From Macrostomum hystrix (taxonomy: Eukaryota; Animalia; Platyhelminthes), in NCBI GenBank assembly GCA_950097015.1, contig CATNEN010000039.1, positions 14,012,001 through 14,076,000 of the forward strand: DNA of 64,000 nt. The letters run 5' to 3'. How positions within the stretch are numbered: position 1 is the stretch's first letter; every line of letters starts with the position of its first letter. Positions 24,955 through 37,994 of this stretch are shown piece after piece. The position numbers and the translations under genes are program-made. Below the pieces are notes generated by a model that did not search any database, was not told the DNA's origin, and saw only the letters and a list, made by a program, of their open reading frames with translations.

Positions 24955-25680
24955 AAATCCCAAAATCCCAAGATTTTTATGTGTACTCCGATCCCAAATT
25001 CTAAAGATTCCCATCTTCACAAAAATCCCTAAATACCACAATTCCCACCTGTACTCGAATCCGAAATCCCAAGATTCACATCGGTTATCGAATCCCAAAT
25101 CCCAAGATCCCCATCTTCAAAAAATCCCCAAATCCCAAGATTCCAATCATAAAATAATCCCCAAATCCCAAGATTCCCATCTTCACAAAATGCCCATGCC
25201 CAAATCCCAAGATTCCCATCTTCACGAAATGCCCAAATCCCAAGATTCCCATCTTCTCAAAATCCCCAAATCCCAAGATTCTCATCTTCAAAAAATTTCC
25301 AAATCCCAAGATTTCCATCTTAAAATAATTCCCAAATCCCAAGATTCCAATCATAAAATAATCCCCAAATTCCAAGATTACCATCTTCACAAAATCCCCA
25401 AATTTCAAGATTCCCATCTTCACAAAATCCCCAAATCCCAAGATTCCCATCTTCACAAAATCCCAAAATCCCAAGATTCCCATCTTCACAAAATCCCCAA
25501 ATCCCAAGATTCCAATCATAAAATAATCCCCAAATCCTAAGATTCCAATCATAAAATAGTCCCCAAATCCCAAGATTCCAATCATAAAATAATCCCCAAA
25601 TCCCAAGATTCCCATCTATACACGAATACCCAATTCTCAAATTTGAAACGCGATTCCAACATTAAAAATCCCAAATCCCA
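24955..25680. repeat. ~33-bp minisatellite (CCCAAATCCCAAGATTCCCATCTTCACAAAATC)n in intron 3
   Basis: Degenerate tandem copies. Confidence 0.9.
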
Positions 25681-25709
25681 CTTTCTCCTGATTTTCTAGA
25701 CTTCCTCAC

Positions 25710-25939
25710 CTGAGCCGGCTAACCAGATCTTCGTACAATGAGCTGGCTGGCAGTGAGTGACAGACGAGCACATCCGCAGAGTCCGGCACATTGTGCCAGG
25801 CCCTTCGAGCCTCAGCCGCGGAGCTAAGGCGGCCGATACCCAAGCGACCGGCTCGGGAACCGCGAGCCACGCCGTGGAATCTGACGCCCTCGATAACGCA
25901 GCCGCTGTCGCGAAGATAAATGCAATCAGGAAGCAGCGC
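25710..25939 (-). CDS. MPPED-like protein, exon 3
   Basis: gtcgcag|ALLPDCIYLRDSGCVIEGVRFHG...AWHNVPDSADVLVCHSLP...VSRL(R)|gtgagg; matches MPPED CIYLQDS...G..IYG...W..IP...DIL.THGPP. Confidence 0.85.
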
Positions 25940-26029
25940 CTGCGACAAGGAGGAGAATCCGGGATTGGGATTTTAGGATTCTGGGATTCACATTCTCTTA
26001 ATTTGACAAAATATTATTCAGATTCTCTC

Positions 26030-29000
26030 AGTTAGGGAATGTGGGATTCTGATACTTTTAATTTGGGATTCTGGGATTCTGATTCTTTCAGTTTGGGAAT
26101 CTGGGATTTAGATTCTTTCAATTTAGGAATCTGGGATTCTTATTCTTTCAATTTGGGAATCTGGGATTCAGATTCTTTCAATTTGGGAATCTGGTATTCA
26201 GATTCTTTTAATTTGGGAATCTGGGATGCTGATTCTTTCAGTTTGGGAATCTGGGATTCTTATTCCTTCAATTTGGGAATCTGGGATTCAGATTCTTTCA
26301 GTTTGGGAATCTGGGATTCAGATTCTTTCAGTTTGGGAATCTGGGATTCAGATTCTTTTAATTTGGGAATCTGGGATTCTGATTCTTTCAGTTTGGGAAT
26401 CTGGGATTCTGATTCTTTCAGTTTGGGAATCTGGGATTCAGATTCTTTCAATTTGGGAATCTGGGATTCAGATTCTTTCAGTTTGGGAATCTGGGATTCA
26501 GATTCTTTCAGTTTGGGAATCTGGGATTTAGATTCTTTCAATTTGGGAATCTAGGATTCTTATTCTTTCAGTTTGGGAATCTGGGATTTAGATTCTTTCA
26601 ATTTGGGAATCTGGGATTCTGATTCTTTCAGTTTGGGAATCCGGGATTCTTATTCTTTCAATTTGGGAATCTGGGATTCTTATTCTTTCAGTTTGGGAAT
26701 CTGGGATTCTTATTCTTTCAGTTTGGGAATCTGGGATTCAGATTCTTTCAGTTTGGGAATCTGGGATTCAGATTCTTTTAATTTGGGAATCTGGGATTCT
26801 GATTCTTTCAGTTTGGGAATCTGGGATTCTGATTCTTTCAGTTTGGGAATCTGGGATTCAGATTCTTTCAATTTGGGAATCTGGGATTCAGATTCTTTCA
26901 GTTTGGGAATCTGGGATTCAGATTCTTTCAGTTTGGGAATCTGGGATTTAGATTCTTTCAATTTGGGAATCTAGGATTCTTATTCTTTCAGTTTGGGAAT
27001 CTGGGATTTAGATTCTTTCAATTTGGGAATCTGGGATTCTGATTCTTTCAGTTTGGGAATCCGGGATTCTTATTCTTTCAATTTGGGAATCTGGGATTCT
27101 TATTCTTTCAGTTTGGGAATCTGGGATTCAGATTCTTTTAATTTGGGAATCTGGGATTCTGACTCATTTCAGTTTGGGAATCTGGGATTCAGATTCTTTC
27201 AGTTTGGGAATCTGGGATTCTTATTCTTTTAATTTGGGAATCTGGGATTCAGATTCTTTCAGTTTGGGAATCTGGGATTCAGATTCTTTCAGTTTGGGAA
27301 TCTGGGATTCAGATTCTTTCAGTTTGGGAATCTGGGATTCAGATTCTTTCAGTTTGGGAATCTGGGATTCAGATTCTTTTAATTTGGGATTCTGGGATTC
27401 AGATTCTTTCAGTTTGGGAATCTGGGATTCAGATTCTTTCAATTTGGGAATCTGGGATTCAGATTCTTTCAGTTTGGGAATCTGGGATTCAGATTCTTTC
27501 AGTTTGGGAATCTGGGATTCAGATTCTTTCAATTTGGGAATCTGGTATTCAGATTCTTTTAATTTGGGAATCTGGGATTCTGATTCTTTCAGTTTGGGAA
27601 TCTGGGATTCTTATTCCTTCAATTTGGGAATCTGGGATTCAGATTCTTTCAGTTTGGGAATCTGGGATTCAGATTCTTTCAGTTTGGGAATCTGGGATTC
27701 AGATTCTTTCAATTTGGGAATCTGGGATTCAGATTCTTTCAGTTTGGGAATCTGGGATTCAGATTCTTTCAGTTTGGGAATCTGGGATTTAGATTCTTTC
27801 AATTTGGGAATCTAGGATTCTTATTCTTTCAGTTTGGGAATCTGGGATTTAGATTCTTTCAATTTGGGAATCTGGGATTCTGATTCTTTCAGTTTGGGAA
27901 TCCGGGATTCTTATTCTTTCAATTTGGGAATCTGGGATTCTTATTCTTTCAGTTTGGGAATCTGGGATTCAGATTCTTTTAATTTGGGAATCTGGGATTC
28001 TGACTCATTTCAGTTTGGGAATCTGGGATTCAGATTCTTTCAGTTTGGGAATCTGGGATTCTTATTCTTTCAATTTGGGAATCTGGGATTCAGATTCTTT
28101 CAGTTTGGGAATCTGGGATTCAGATTCTTTCAGTTTGGGAATCTGGGATTCAGATTCTTTCAGTTTGGGAATCTGGGATTCAGATTCTTTCAGTTTGGGA
28201 ATCTGGGATTCAGATTCTTTTAATTTGGGATTCTGGGATTAAGATTCTTTCAGTTTGGGAATCTGGGATTCTAATTCTTTCAGTTTGGGATTCTGGGATT
28301 CAGATTCTTTCAGTTTGGGAATCTGGGATTCTGATACTTTCAATTTGGGAATCTGGGATTCTAATTCTTTCAGTTTGGGAATCTGGGATTTAGATTCTTT
28401 CAATTTAGGAATCTGGGATTCTTATTCATTTAATTTGGGAATCTGGGATTCTGATTCTTTCAATTTGGGAATCTGGGATTCTGATTCTTTTAATTTGGGA
28501 ATCTGGGATTCTGATTCTTTTAATTTGGGAATCTGGGATTCTGATTCTTTCAGTTTGGGAATCTGGGATTCTTATTCCTTCAATTTGGGAATCTGGGATT
28601 CAGATTCTTTCAGTTTGGGAATCTGGGATTCTGATTCTTTTAATTTGGGAATCTGGGATTCTGATTCTTTCAGTTTGGGAATCTGGGATTCTTATTCCTT
28701 CAATTTGGGAATCTGGGATTCAGATTCTTTCAGTTTGGGAATCTGGGATTCAGATTCTTTCAGTTTGGGAATCTGGGATTCAGATTCTTTCAATTTGGGA
28801 ATCTGGGATTCAGATTCTTTCAGTTTGGGAATCTGGGATTCAGATTCTTTCAGTTTGGGAATCTGGGATTTAGATTCTTTCAATTTGGGAATCTAGGATT
28901 CTTATTCTTTCAGTTTGGGAATCTGGGATTTAGATTCTTTCAATTTGGGAATCTGGGATTCTGATTCTTTCAGTTTGGGAATCCGGGATTCTTATTCTTT

Positions 29001-30840
29001 CAATTTGGGAATCTGGGATTCTTATTCTTTCAGTTTGGGAATCTGGGATTCAGATTCTTTTAATTTGGGAATCTGGGATTCAGATTCTTTCAGTTTGGGA
29101 ATCTGGGATTCTGATTCTTTCAGTTTGGGAATCTGGGATTTAGATTCTTTCAATTTGGGAATCTGGGATTCTGATTCTTTCAATTTGGGAATCTGGTATT
29201 CTAATTCTTTCAATTTGGGAATCTGGGATTCTTATTCTTTCAGTTTGGGAATTTGGGATTTAGATTCTTTCAATTTGGGAATCTGGGATTCTGATTCTTT
29301 CAATTTGGGAATCTGGGATTCTTATTCTTTCAGTTTGGGAATCTGGGATTTAGATTATTTCAGTTTGGGATTCTGGGATTTAGATTCTTTCAATTTAGGA
29401 ATCTGGGATTCTTATTCATTCAATTTGGGAATATGGGATTCTGATTCTTTCAGTTTGGGAATCTGGGATTCTGATTCTTTTAATTTGGGAATCTGGGATT
29501 CTGATTCTTTCAGTTTGGGAATCTGGGATTCTTATTCCTTCAATTTGGGAATCTGGGATTCAGATTCTTTCAGTTTGGGAATCTGGGATTCTTATTCTTT
29601 TAATTTGGGAATCTGGGATTTAGATTCTTTTAATTTGGGAATCTGGGATTCTGATTCTTTCAGTTTGGGAATCTGGGATTCTTATTCCTTCAATTTGGGA
29701 ATCTGGGATTCAGATTCTTTCAGTTTGGGAATCTGGGATTCTAATTCTTTCAGTTTGGGAATCTGGGATTCTTATTCTTTCAATTTGGGAATCTGGGATT
29801 CAGATTCTTTCAGTTTGGGAATCTGGGATTCAGATTCTTTCAGTTTGGGAATCTGGGATTCAGATTCTTTCAGTTTGGGAATCTGGGATTCTGATTCTTT
29901 CAGTTTGGGAATCTGGGATTCTTATTCTTTCAGTTTGGGAATCTGGGATTTAGATTCTTTCAATTTGGGAATCTGGGATTCTGATTCTTTCAATTTGGGA
30001 ATCTGGTATTCTAATTCTTTCAGTTTGGGAATCTGGGATTCTTATTCTTTCAATTTGGGAATCTGGGATTCTTATTCTTTCAGTTTGGGAATCTGGGATT
30101 CAGATTCTTTTAATTTGGGAATCTGGGATTTAGATTATTTCAGTTTGGGATTCTGGGATTCTGATTCTTTCAGTTTGGGAATCTGGGATTCTAATTCTTT
30201 CAGTTTGGGAATCTGGGATTCAGATTCTTTCAGTTTGGGAATCTGGGATTCAGATTCTTTCAATTTGGGAATCTGGTATTCTAATTCTTTCAGTTTGGGA
30301 ATCTGGGATTCTTATTCTTTCAATTTGGGAATCTGGGATTCTTATTCTTTCAGTTTGGGAATCTGGGATTCAGATTCTTTTAATTTGGGAATCTGGGATT
30401 TAGATTATTTCAGTTTGGGATTCTGGGATTCTGATTCTTTCAGTTTGGGAATCTGGGATTCTGATTCTTTTAATTTGGGAATCTGGGATTCTGACTCATT
30501 TCAGTTTGGGAATCTGGGATTCAGATTCTTTCAGTTTGGGAATCTGGGATTCAGATTCTTTCAATTTGGGAATCTGGGATTCAGATTCTTTCAGTTTGGG
30601 AATCTGGGATTCAGATTCTTTCAGTTTGGGAATCTGGGATTCAGATTCTTTCAATTTGGGAATCTGGGATTCTGATTCTTTCAGTTTGGGAATCTGGGAT
30701 TTAGATTCTTTCAGTTTGGGAATCTGGGATTTAGATTCTTTCAGTTTGGGAATCTGGGATTTAGATTCTTTTAATTTGGGAATCTGGGATTTAGATCATT
30801 TTAGTTTGGGATTCTGGGATTCAGATTCTTTTAATTTCTG
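26030..30840. repeat. 4.8-kb 30-bp minisatellite (TTTGGGAATCTGGGATTCAGATTCTTTCAG)n in intron 2
   Basis: About 160 tandem copies with recurring variant blocks. Confidence 0.97.
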
Positions 30841-30879
30841 ATTCCGGAAATTCAGGGGATTTTCCAATCCCCAGCCCAC

Positions 30880-31182
30880 CTGTATCCGTTCAGTGTCCTC
30901 CGCTTCCAATAATGCAGCCTCGTTAGGACCGGGCACAAAGATTTTGAATCGATGCGGCATGGCGGCAAAGAACTGATTGATGTGTCTCAGCTGTTTGTGT
31001 AAGTCAGCTTCACAATGAAACAGTTGCCCGCGCAGGTGTGCCGGGCACAGGTTGCCAGAATGAACGATCACGTCGGCGTTATAGACGAAGGATGTGCCAC
31101 TGTCGGGCAGGTCGCAGGTGTCGCTGATGTGGGCGATGCGTAGGTAGGGCGCGTTCGGACTCGGACTGCCGACTACGTACAC
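30880..31182 (-). CDS. MPPED-like protein, exon 2
   Basis: ctcgcag|VYVVG...LRIAHISDTC...ADVIVHSGNL...INQFFAAMPHRFKIFVPGPNE...RIQ|gtgggc; MPPED layout ISDTH / HAGD / LPH..KIVIAGNHE. Confidence 0.85.
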
Positions 31183-31354
31183 CTGCGAGAGCAGCGGGCG
31201 GACCAGGTGGTTCGGGATCACAAGTTTACAAATCCCATCTCGATTGGATACTGAAGTCTGGGATCTTTTCTAGATCCGATCTCAGTTCACAAATATGACA
31301 CGGTATTTTGGGATAATTTTCCGATCCGATCTCAGCTCTCATTTGGACACTTGG

Positions 31355-33272
31355 TTTGAGGATGTTTTCCCAATCCGATTCCAGTTCCTACATTGGTTCT
31401 GGAGTTGAGGATGTTTTCCCAATCCGATCCCAGTTCCTACGTGGGTTCTGGAGTTGAGGATGTCTTACCAATCCGATCCCAGTTCCTACATGGGTTCTGG
31501 AGTTGAGGATGTTTTCCCAATCCGATCCCAGTTCCTACGTGGGTTCTGGAGTTGAGGATGTTTTCCCAATCCGATCCCAGTTCCTACGTGGGTTCTGGAG
31601 TTGAGGATGTCTTACCAATCCGATCCCAGTTCCTACATGGGTTCTGGAGTTGAGGATGTTTTCCCAATCCGATCCCAGTTCCTACGTGGGTTCTGGAGTT
31701 GAGGATGTTTTCCCAATCCGATCCCAGTTCCTACGTGGGTTCTGGAGTTGAGGATGTCTTACCAATCCGATCCCAGTTCCTACATGGGTTCCGGAGTTGA
31801 GGATGTTTTCCCAATCCGATCCCGTTCCTACATGGGTTCTGGAGTTGAGGATGTCTTACCAATCCGATCCCAGTTCCTACATGGGTTCTGGAGTTGAGGA
31901 TGTTTTCCCAATCATATCCTCAGCAGTTCCTACATGGCTTATGGAGTTGAGGATATTTTCCCAATCATATCCCAGTTCCTACATGGGTTCTGGAGTTGAG
32001 GATATTTTCCCAATCATACCCCAGTTCCTACATGGCTTATGGAGTTGAGGATGTTTTCCCAATCATATCCCAGTTCCTACATGGATTATGGAGTTGAGGA
32101 TATTTTCCCAATCATATCCCAGTTCCTACATGGGTTCTGGAGTTGAGGATGTTTTCCCAATCCGATCCCAGTTCCTTATACATGGATTATGGAGTTGAGG
32201 ATATTTTCCCAATCATACCCCAGTTCCTACATGGCTTATGGAGTTGAGGATGTTTTCCCAATCCGATCCCAGTTCCTTATACATGGCTTATGGAGTTGAG
32301 GATGTTTTCCCAATCATATCCCAGTTCCTACATGGCTTATGGAGTTGAGGATATTTTCCCAATCATATCCCAGTTCCTACATGGGTTCTGGAGTTGAGGA
32401 TGTTTTCCCAATCCGATCCCAGTTCCTTATACATGGGTTATGGAGTTAAGGATATTTTCCCAATCATACCCCAGTTCCTACATGGCTTATGGAGTTGAGG
32501 ATGTTTTCCCAATCCGATCCCAGTTCCTACATGGCTTATGGAGTTGAGGATGTTTTCCCAATCCGATCCCAGTTCCTACATGGGTTATGGAGTTGAGGAT
32601 GTTTTCCCAATCCGATCCCAGTTCCTACATGGGTTATGGAGTTGAGGATGTTTTCCCAATCCGATCCCAGTTCCTACATGGGTTCTGGAGTTGAGGATAT
32701 TTTACCAATCCGATCCCAGTTCCTACATGGGTTATGGAGTTGAGGATGTTTTCCCAATCCGATCCCAGTTCCTACATGGCTTATGGAGTTGAGGATATTT
32801 TCCCAATCATATCCCAGTTCCTACATGGGTTCTGGAGTTGAGGATGTTTTCCCAATCCGATCCCAGTTCCTTATACATGGGTTATGGAGTTAAGGATATT
32901 TTCCCAATCATACCCCAGTTCCTACATGGCTTATGGAGTTGAGGATGTTTTCCCAATCCGATCCCAGTTCCTACATGGCTTATGGAGTTGAGGATTTTTT
33001 CCCAATCCGATCCCAGTTCCTACATGGGTTATGGAGTTGAGGATGTTTTCCCAATCCGATCCCAGTTCCTACATGGGTTATGGAGTTGAGGATGTTTTCC
33101 CAATCCGATCCCAGTTCCTACATGGGTTCTGGAGTTGAGGATATTTTACCAATCCGATCCCAGTTCCTACATGGGTTATGGAGTTGAGGATGTTTTCCCA
33201 ATCCGATCCCAGTTCCTACATGGCTTATGGAGTTGAGGATGTTTTCCCAATCATATCCCAGTTCCTACATGC
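31355..33272. repeat. 49-bp minisatellite (GAGTTGAGGATGTTTTCCCAATCCGATCCCAGTTCCTACATGGGTTATG)n in intron 1
   Basis: About 39 tandem copies. Confidence 0.96.
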
Positions 33273-33420
33273 ATAGCTACTCAGTTAGCCACTAGTGCAG
33301 TGCTAGTCCTAAGTAGGAATAGAAATTTTTCGGTTTTCCATTAATCCGCGACTAGAGTCCCTAGTTCTTTTTGTCTTAAGCCATGGATACCAGGAATTAG
33401 TGGCTCTAAATCACACTCAC

Positions 33421-33645
33421 CTGCGATGTAGACTCAGAACTGCTGGCATCTCTGTTCATTTTGGCACTAGTGGTGGCAACACCTGCTGTTGTCTGTTGCT
33501 TTGGTAGGAACAGTCGCTTTAAAGACTGCCAGATTATCAGCGGCCGCGACTGCCGCCTAGAGCTGATGGCGGTGTTGGTACGACCCTCCTGCGACGATGA
33601 CGAAGGACCCGACTGTGCCAGCCGTGACGGCCTTGTCGAGCTCAT
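33421..33645 (-). CDS. MPPED-like protein, exon 1
   Basis: ATG at 33645; 75 codons of S/T-rich N-terminus ending ...ESTSQ|gtgagt; phase 0 into exon 2. Confidence 0.7.
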
Positions 33646-35201
33646 GACAGTTAAGTTCGTGGCAGAAATTGGCCAAGTTTTAACATAAAAACTGGTCTAC
33701 CCTTGTCACTTTCTTTCGCTGACTTCTGCAGTCTTTATTCTGAGCCTTGGATGCTAAAAATTCAACGACGGTTCAAAACCAAATTAATAGAAAAAGAACA
33801 CAACTGAAAAAGGGATAAGCTTCTTTAACGGGCAAGTGAGGGAAAGACACAAAATAAAACTGGCACTAGCGAAGAGGGACCGAGGGAAGGAAGAAGGAAC
33901 AGAACAATTGAATTGATTAGGAGGGTCTGTCTGTTTTTAGCGCGGCAAACGACGCAGCGCTAAGGTAGCTATCTAATACAACACAAGAATCCGATTCTGG
34001 TTATTTTCGCTATCCGCCCTTGCGATAGCTTTATTTAGCTCCACTTTATTTCAATCTTTCTACAACATTGTAGTGTCAAGAGCTTCGCTCTTATTCGCTA
34101 TTAGCTTTAGTTTCGTCCTCGAATTCCTTCAGCAAACCAGACACTGGATCTGCTATGGAATCCGTTCTTTTCGGATCCTTTCGGACGGGCCCTGTCCCCT
34201 TATAAGCCAATAAGGAGTTAGTCGTTAGACCAACCCTCCCCCCAGTGTGCCCCCGCCCATAGCGTGCACATCGAAGGGCTTTGAAGGAAAAGGGAGGGAC
34301 GAGGGGTGGGGGCCGGGGGTGGGGTAAGAATCAATCTAAACTGGACCCCAGAGCCCACCACCCCAACTGGTCAAGCCCGACCCATAGTTTAGCTTTAGTC
34401 TATTAATATCCAGTATCCTTATCTCACTTGGCTTTACTTAATATATTATATAAGAGAGTAATGATATATATTACGCTTGTATATCATTACGAAACAATCT
34501 AAGTCTAAGGTCATATGAATAATCAGTCACTTCCGTTCACAGCGTCCTTTTTAATAAATTTATCTCTTGTTCTATCTAGGATGCTCAATTAAGACTGACC
34601 GTGACTGTGACTGAAGGATGGAGGCTGGAACTTGGGAAAGATAAATTAAGTAGGCGTCCCAATATTTTGTATGAAAACTTTACTTTTTTAATTTGAGTGA
34701 ATGAATTTTTTGTTTCAAATTTCGTACCTTAACTTTCTTTTCTTGAAAAGATTCCAATTTTACTTCAGTAATTGTTTAATGTTATAATGTAGCAGCTAGA
34801 CTGCACTATATAAAAAGTTTCTCTTTTTTAGGCTAATAAAACTGGAAATCGAGAGTGCCATTGTACTAACAGTCTAACAATAAAGCAAAGGAGGAGAAAA
34901 ATAGCACAAATACTCGCGGCCGTTCTCTAAGCGGCCCTTCGTGACATCTGCGGCAGATTACATTGGCCTTGGCGCATGCTTTGCTCTGCACTCAAGAAGT
35001 TTCAAAAGTTTCTATTAACGGATCCCTCATTGACCCTAAATCTTACCAAAACTCCCAGATACTCTGATTCCTGGGTTTTTCTCTCTACGAGTAAAGAATA
35101 GAGAATAGAATAGACAAACTGAGCTCAATTGGACCTTTCAAGGGCTGTGTACAGCTAGCTATTCAGTCCGTGGACTGACGGAGGGTTGCGACACTTTACC
35201 C

Positions 35202-35814
35202 CAGGGGTCGGCAAACTCCGGCCCGCGGGCCAGATGCGGCCCTCGAAGCTCCCAAATCCGGCCCGTTGCCCCTTCTGACATCTATACAGTGTCCTGTTTC
35301 ATCTCTCTCGTGTCTAATCTCTCCCGTGTCTAATCTCTCCTGTGTCTAATCTCTCCCCTGTCTAATCTCTCCCCTGTCTAATCTCTCCTGTGTCTCATCT
35401 CTCCTGTGTCTCATCTCTCTCGTGTCTAATCTCTCCCGTGTCTAATCTCTCCTGTGTCTCATCTCTCTCGTGTCTAATCTCTCCCGTGTCTAATCTCTCC
35501 TGTGTCTCATCTCTCCTGTGTCTCATCTCTCTCGTGTCTAATCTCTCCCGTGTCTAATCTCTCCTGTGTCTCATCTCTCCTGTGTCTCATCTCTCTCGTG
35601 TCTAATCTCTCCCGTGTCTAATCTCTCCTGTGTCTCATCTCTCCCCTGTCTAATCTCTCCCCTGTCTAATCTCTCCCGTGTCTAATCTCTCCCGTGTCTC
35701 ATCTCTCCCCTGTCTCATCTCTCCCCTATCTCATATTTATACAGTCAATGCGGCCCGCTGTCGTCTTTTAGGTTCTCTCTTTGGCCCGCCAGCAAATAAG
35801 TTTGCCTACCCCTG
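35202..35814. mobile_element. hAT (Charlie-like) MITE with internal 16-bp minisatellite, copy 2
   Basis: Same TIRs as 11061-11719; perfect 8-bp TSD CTTTACCC. Confidence 0.92.
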
Positions 35815-36434
35815 CTTTACCCTAAGCTGTACCCGTGCTGATTGTAAAGTACAGATTTTACATATATTGGTATTTAGTCTTAAGCTGAGATAGGCAAAAT
35901 TCTGACTTTGGAGCTCGGGATCAAGGAGAAATACCAATATGCTGTCAGTATTCTGCCATTTTTAATTCTTCTGCTATTATTTAGAACAAATTATAATTAG
36001 CTGAAAATTTCCAACTTCTTCGCAACACTTTCCTCTTCCCATTTTCATATCCCTTTTACTCAATCTCTTAAATTTTCCTCTATCCAACTTTTCTTCTCTC
36101 CTTTCCTCTCTCTCTCTTCCTCTCTCCCTTTTCCTCACTCACCTAACGAAAATTCAAAACTCCCGAATCTTAACATTTAACTCTGTGGCACACTGACACA
36201 CACGCAAACACCACACAAAGTCAGAACAGTATTCTCCGCCTTACCAATAAATAATTACCATTTGCTACTGTAAAACTTCAAGCTTGTGTCAAATTCTTAT
36301 GCCCCGTACCAGACATTTTGTAACAGAAAATGCATCCATCTTCGTGTTGTGAATTGTATCCACGACAGGAAAGGCCGCTACAGTTTTTACTATTCAAATC
36401 GGATACACGTTCTGAGATCTGATGACGCACATAA

Positions 36435-37396
36435 CTACCTGTTAGACAGGTAGCTTAATCTTTAAGGCATGGGTGTCGGCCTGCCAGACAGTAGGTGTCT
36501 ACCTGTTAGACAGGTAGCTTAATCTTTAAGGCATGGGTGTCGGCCTGCCAGACAGTAGGTGTCTACCTGTTAGACAGGTAGCTTAATCTTTAAGGCATGG
36601 GTGTCGGCCTGCCAGACAGTAGGTGTCTACCTGTCAGACAGGTAGCTTAATCTTTAAGGCATGGGTGTCGGCCTGCCAGACAGTAGGTGTCTACCTGTCA
36701 GACAGGTAGCTTAATCTTTAAGGCATGGGTGTCGGCCTGCCAGACAGTAGGTGTCTACCTGTCAGACAGTAGGTGTCTACCTGTCAGACAGTAGGTGTCT
36801 ACCTGTCAGACAGTAGTAGGTGTCTACCTGTCAGACAGTAGGTGTCTACCTGTCAGACAGTAGTAGGTGTCTACCTGTCACACAGTAGGTGTCTACCTGT
36901 CAGACAGTAGGTGTCTACCTGTCAGACAGTAGGTGTCTACCTGTCAGACAGTAGTTGTCTACCTGTCAGACAGTAGTAGGTGTCTACCTGTCAGATAGTA
37001 GGTGTCTACCTGTCAGACAGTAGGTGTCTAACTGTCAGACAGTAGGTTTCTACCTGTCAGACAGTAGTGTCTACCTGTCAGACAGTAGGTGTCTACCTGT
37101 CAGACAGTAGGTGTCTACCTGTCAGACAGTAGGTGTCTACCTGTCAGACAGTAGTAGGTGTCTACCTGTCACACAGTAGGTGTCTACCTGTCAGACAGTA
37201 GTTGTCTACCTGTCAGACAGTAGTAGGTGTCTACCTGTCAGACAGTAGGTGTCTACCTGTCAGACAGTAGGTGTCTACCTGTCAGACAGTAGGTGTCTAA
37301 CTGTCAGACAGTAGGTGTCTACCTGTCAGACAGTAGGTGTCTACCTGTCAGACAGTAGGTGTCTACCTGTCAGACAGTAGGTGTCTACCTGTCAGG
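36435..37396. repeat. 64-bp tandem repeat that collapses into a 22-bp repeat (GTAGGTGTCTACCTGTCAGACA)n
   Basis: About 4.5 copies of the 64-mer, then about 30 copies of its 22-bp sub-unit. Confidence 0.95.
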
Positions 37397-37994
37397 CATG
37401 TTTTGAATTTTCCCTACATCCCATCTGGTGGCAATTTATAAAATTGGTATAAAAATTTGCCGTTAAAATCCTTCATTTTTTCTATGTTTAACTTAAGTGA
37501 CTTGAGTGAGTGACTTGACATTTTTCATGGCACAAAATTCCTCCCGTTGGTTAGATAAGGCAAATTATAGCGAAATGCACTTTATTAGCAAGGAGAAAGT
37601 TTCATAGTGGGTGACTAATGGCCTTGCCCTTTTAAATCACTACAAAAATGCTCCATGTGACAACGGGTGCCAACATTCCCACCCGAATTCTTGGCGCCGG
37701 TGCTGAGTTCAGACTAGTCACTGCTCTTTGTTTTCCTATTTCCTCTTTGCCCCCACATTAAATAGAAACTATAAACAGGTTTGGAGTCTTTGTTTGAATT
37801 TCAGATCATGGGAAACTTAGGGTGGCACTTTTATAGCACCTGACTTAATTTCCTATTCTACGTGAACCTGAGAGCCTTACTTTTAATCCAGATTATTTCC
37901 TATAGGAATTAAATAGTTTGGTTACAATAAAAGTCTTCTTTGATTGTGGCGCTTGCAGTTAAATTAGATTCCTCCTGACCTCCCTGCCTATTAA

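Noticed and set aside
25085-30841. Long ORFs such as (LGIWDSDSFS)n, up to 586 aa
   Set aside because: Translations of an intronic 30-bp array; the frames stay open only because the unit is a multiple of 3.
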